Source: Squalus acanthias
Lineage: Eukaryota
NCBI GenBank assembly: GCA_030390025.1
Contig: CM059433.1
Span: 10,046,001-10,110,000, forward strand
DNA: 64,000 nt
Direction of reading: 5' to 3'
Part shown: positions 60,847 to 64,000 of the stretch, in pieces
How the letters are laid out: every line of letters begins with the position of its first letter
Position numbering within the stretch: the first letter of the stretch is position 1
Translations under genes and position numbers: made by a program
Notes under the pieces: model-generated
Databases searched by the model: none
What the model saw: only the letters and a program-made list of their open reading frames with translations
What the model was told of the DNA's origin: nothing

Positions 60847-61097
60847 GTTGTCTCTTGTAGCGGTTTGATTCAATCATTTTTTTCCTTTAACATTACAAGA
60901 GGAATTTTAGTATAAAAAGTAATTGAAAGAAAGAGAACACAATAAATGTGACTTTTTTTTGTAAAGAGATAAGCAGCATAATTTAAGATTTAGAAAGCAG
61001 AAATGTCTTTGCTAATACATAAGGGGTAATTTTTCAACTAAGATCGATTGGGCGCCCTGCTCTCTGTGGCCAGATTTCTGATGTGCGCTCCAATTGT

Positions 61098-61663
61098 TTT
61101 TTTAAAATTTGTTTGTGGGATGTGGGCGTCGCTGGCAAGGCCAGCATTTATTGCCCATCCCTAATTGCCCTTGAGAAAGCTGCTTTCTTGAACCGCTGCA
61201 GTCCGTGTGGTGAAGGTCATGCGTCCCCAGATGTTGGCGAGGAGGACTTTGCAGGGTTGACTGGGCTGGGTGTGCCATTGCCATGTCTGTAGCCAGTGCC
61301 GAGGTCAATCCAGCTTCATTTTTATTACTTCATTTCATAGCGGTTTGTTACAACTGATTGGGTTGCTGGGCCATTTCAAAGTCAGTTAAGAGTCAACCAC
61401 ATTGCTGTGGGTCTGGAGGTCACATGTAGGCCAGACTGGGTAAGGACAGCAGACTTCCTTCCCTGAAGGACATCAGTGAACCAGATGGGTTTTTACAACA
61501 ATGGTCACCATTACTGATACTAGCTTTTTATTCCAAATTTACTTAATTAACTGAATTTAAATTCCCCAGCTGCCGCGGTGAGATTTGAACTCACGTCTCT
61601 GGATCATTAACCCAGGCCTCTGGATTACTTGCCCAGTGACATTACCACTATGCTACCATTCCC
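61098..61663 (-). mobile_element. tRNA-derived SINE (52783 family, ~61350-61663) plus CR1-group tail (61098-61215)
   Basis: cagttaagagtcaaccacattgctgtgggtctggag shared with the 52.9-kb copy. Confidence 0.75.
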
Positions 61664-62422
61664 TTAGTTGTGCCATGCTCTACGTTGGGAACAGTGGCGT
61701 AAACGGGATTTCCCGACAAACTTCCAATGAAGTTACGGTAGCAGAGTGGGAGAAGTCTCAAGCAAATTCCCAGCCATTCAAAGCTCACCTCTAGACTTGC
61801 AGTTCAGTTCTGACGAAGGATCCCATTTTGGATGTTAACCCATCTTTCTCCTTTGAGCACTGACTAATCTGCTGTGCTTTTCCACCATCTCTCTCTTTAC
61901 CCTATTGCTGCATTTGTGATGGCAATTGGAGGGCAGAAGGAGCCCTGATATCTGCTTAAATGTGATAAGTTGGAGCGCCATTGTAAACTTGCTGGGTTCT
62001 TCAATCAATTTTGTTCGAAATACCAACATGAGGAAATCTTCATTTGCCATGTAGGGTCAAGCTTACTGTGGCACTCTTGCCTCGGAGTCTGAAGGTTGTG
62101 GGTACAAGCCCCACTCCAAGAATTCAGCATGAAATTTGGGTTGACACTCCAGTGCAGAGTTGAGGAAGTGCTGCATTGTCAAAGGTAGCATCATTCAAAT
62201 GAGAAGGTAAGCCAAGACCTTAACTGCCTGTTTTGATGGTTCAGGTGAATATTCAAAGATCCCATGCTGCTATCTGAAGAAGAGCAAGGAATTCTCCTGA
62301 TGTCCTGCCGAGGATTGCTCCTTTAGCAAGTACCACCAAAAAGAGATTAACTGGTCATTCATCTCAATGCTGCACATTTGACTTTAATATACATAAAATG
62401 GCTGCTACCTTTACCTATGTTG

Positions 62423-63305
62423 AAAGCAAGAAAGATCTTGCATTTATCTTCTCTTCTTCTTCTTAGGCAATCCCTCGTTACTGTGGATGACTTGCTTCCA
62501 CATTAAAAATGAGTTTTCAGGTGACTGATGAGTCCAATGCGGGACCTACAGTCTCTGTCACAGGTGGGGCAGACGGTGGTTGAAGGGGCGGGTGGGTGGG
62601 GTGCTTGGGTTGACGTGCGCTCCTTGCGCTGCTTGCGCTTGGCTTCCGCTTGCTCCCGGCGAAGAGACTCGAGGTGTTCGGCGCCTTCCCGGATGCTTCT
62701 CCTCCACTTTGTGCGGTCTTGGGCCAGGGATTCCCAGGTGTCGGTGGGGATGTTGCACTTTTTCAAGGAGGCTTTGAGGGTGTCCTTGAAGCGTTTCCTC
62801 TGCCCACCTGGGGCTCTCTTGCCGTGCCGGAGCTCCGAGTAGAGCGCTTGTTTTGGGAGTCTCGCATCGGGCATGCGGACGATGTGACCCGTCCATCGGA
62901 GCTGATCGAGCGTGGTCAAAGCTTCGATGCTGATGCATTTCATGACCTCAGGACGTTCCAAAGCTCTTGTCAGCCAATTAAGTACTTTTTGAAATCTAGT
63001 TACCGCTGTAATGTAGGAAATGCAGCAGCCAATTTGCGCACGGCAATGTCCCACAAACAGCAATGAGATAATGACCAGATAATCTGTTTTAGTGATGTTG
63101 GTTGAGGGATAAATATTGGCCAGGACACCGGGGAGAACTCCCCTGCTCTTCTTTGAAATAGTGGCCATGGGATCCTTTATGTCCACCCGAGAGGGCAGAC
63201 TGGGGTCTTGGTTCAACATCTCATCCGACAGCGCAGTGCTCCCTCAGTGCTGCACTGAAGTGTTAGCCTGGTTTATGTGCTCAGTTCTCTGGAGGGGGGA
63301 CCACG
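62423..63305 (-). mobile_element. DeuSINE with an RTE inserted in its tail
   Basis: Tail gaaagatcttgcatttat at 62430-62447; body resumes at 62934. Confidence 0.85.
62448..62933 (-). mobile_element. RTE-clade LINE 3' end
   Basis: SIEALTTLDQLRWTGHIVRM...CPTC...HLKTH; (GAA)n tail; tgcattt duplicated (62439-62445, 62934-62940). Confidence 0.92.
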
Positions 63306-63350
63306 TAACAACAATGACTACAATTCATTGGGATGCTTCTTGGAGACATA

Positions 63351-64000
63351 GGGCCGAAAATTGATCCCGGTGCGCGAGAGTACGCACTGCGTACTCTCGC
63401 GTATTCCCACTCCAATTGTCGGTTTTCTGCATGCCCTGCGCATGCGCTGAAAACCGGCAATTGCTCTTCTGAAAAGGGGGCGGGTCCTCGGCGCATCGCG
63501 TGCGCGCTACAGGCTGCGCGCACGCTGTGCACTTCATGCTTTTGACGCGCAGGTAAGTACGGAAGATTTTGGAAATGTAAAAAGGAGGAGTAAGACCCAC
63601 TTTTAAGAAGGTAAGTAGTGAATTAAGTATTTTTTTGAATTTTTTTTTACAGGTATATCTTTTTTAGAGACTTTAAAGACAGGTAAGTTTATTTTTATAA
63701 CTTTTTAAAAGATTTTAAATTTTTTCAAAAATTTAATTTTTTATTTAAAATGGTTAATTTAATTAACTATACTTATTTTATTAATGTGATGGTTTTTTTT
63801 TTAAATTTAATTGAGGTTTAGCTGTTATTTTGGGGGGGTGTAAGATTCATAGATTTCACAGCCATGCTGTGAGACTTATGAATGGAAGATGGTGTGCTGC
63901 CATTGGCTCTAACTGAGTCACGTGATCCCACAGCTCGCACGAATTCACTACGCCGCTGGGATACGCAAGCCCAGCACAGCTGATGCCTGGAACATCAAGT
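63351..64000 (+). mobile_element. Harbinger-type MITE of the 23505 family (runs off the window)
   Basis: Colinear high similarity to 23505-24150. Confidence 0.88.

Noticed and set aside
61806..61842. Fifth hammerhead (gttctgacgaagg...)
   Set aside because: GAAA core and stem II are decayed; old PLE remnant only.
62503..63219. Longest ORF (238 aa) as a gene
   Set aside because: Chance in-frame fusion of DeuSINE sequence with an RTE C-terminus; the junction coincides with the insertion site.
1..64000. CRISPR arrays, rRNA, operons or other prokaryotic systems
   Set aside because: No regularly spaced repeats or gene-dense coding DNA; the content is vertebrate repeat-rich sequence.

Overview
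Eukaryotic, non-coding, repeat-rich DNA, almost certainly from a shark (Chondrichthyes), judged from HE1/V-SINE, SacSINE1-like DeuSINEs, AmnSINE2-like SINEs and shark-type CR1 tails. I found no credible host-gene exon; every recognisable ORF in the track comes from a transposon. The window contains 5'-truncated CR1, L2 and RTE LINEs, four SINE families, Penelope-like elements (PLEs) carrying minimal type I hammerhead ribozymes, many PIF/Harbinger-type MITEs with 3-bp TSDs, a decayed two-gene Harbinger transposon, and single pogo/Tigger-type and hAT-type MITEs. Main observations: (1) a recent ~1.3-kb inversion with a 468-bp inverted duplication, reconstructable because it split a SINE and a MITE; (2) four intact PLE hammerhead cores, plus a perfect 136-bp palindrome that folds back at the ribozyme stem II; (3) a twin-priming-type 5' inversion in an RTE; (4) independent insertions at the same nucleotide of host SINEs; (5) a MITE family carrying clustered consensus splice donors; (6) two pre-miRNA-sized hairpins. 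Family names come from recognising motifs by eye, not from database searches. Boundaries without a TSD are approximate.
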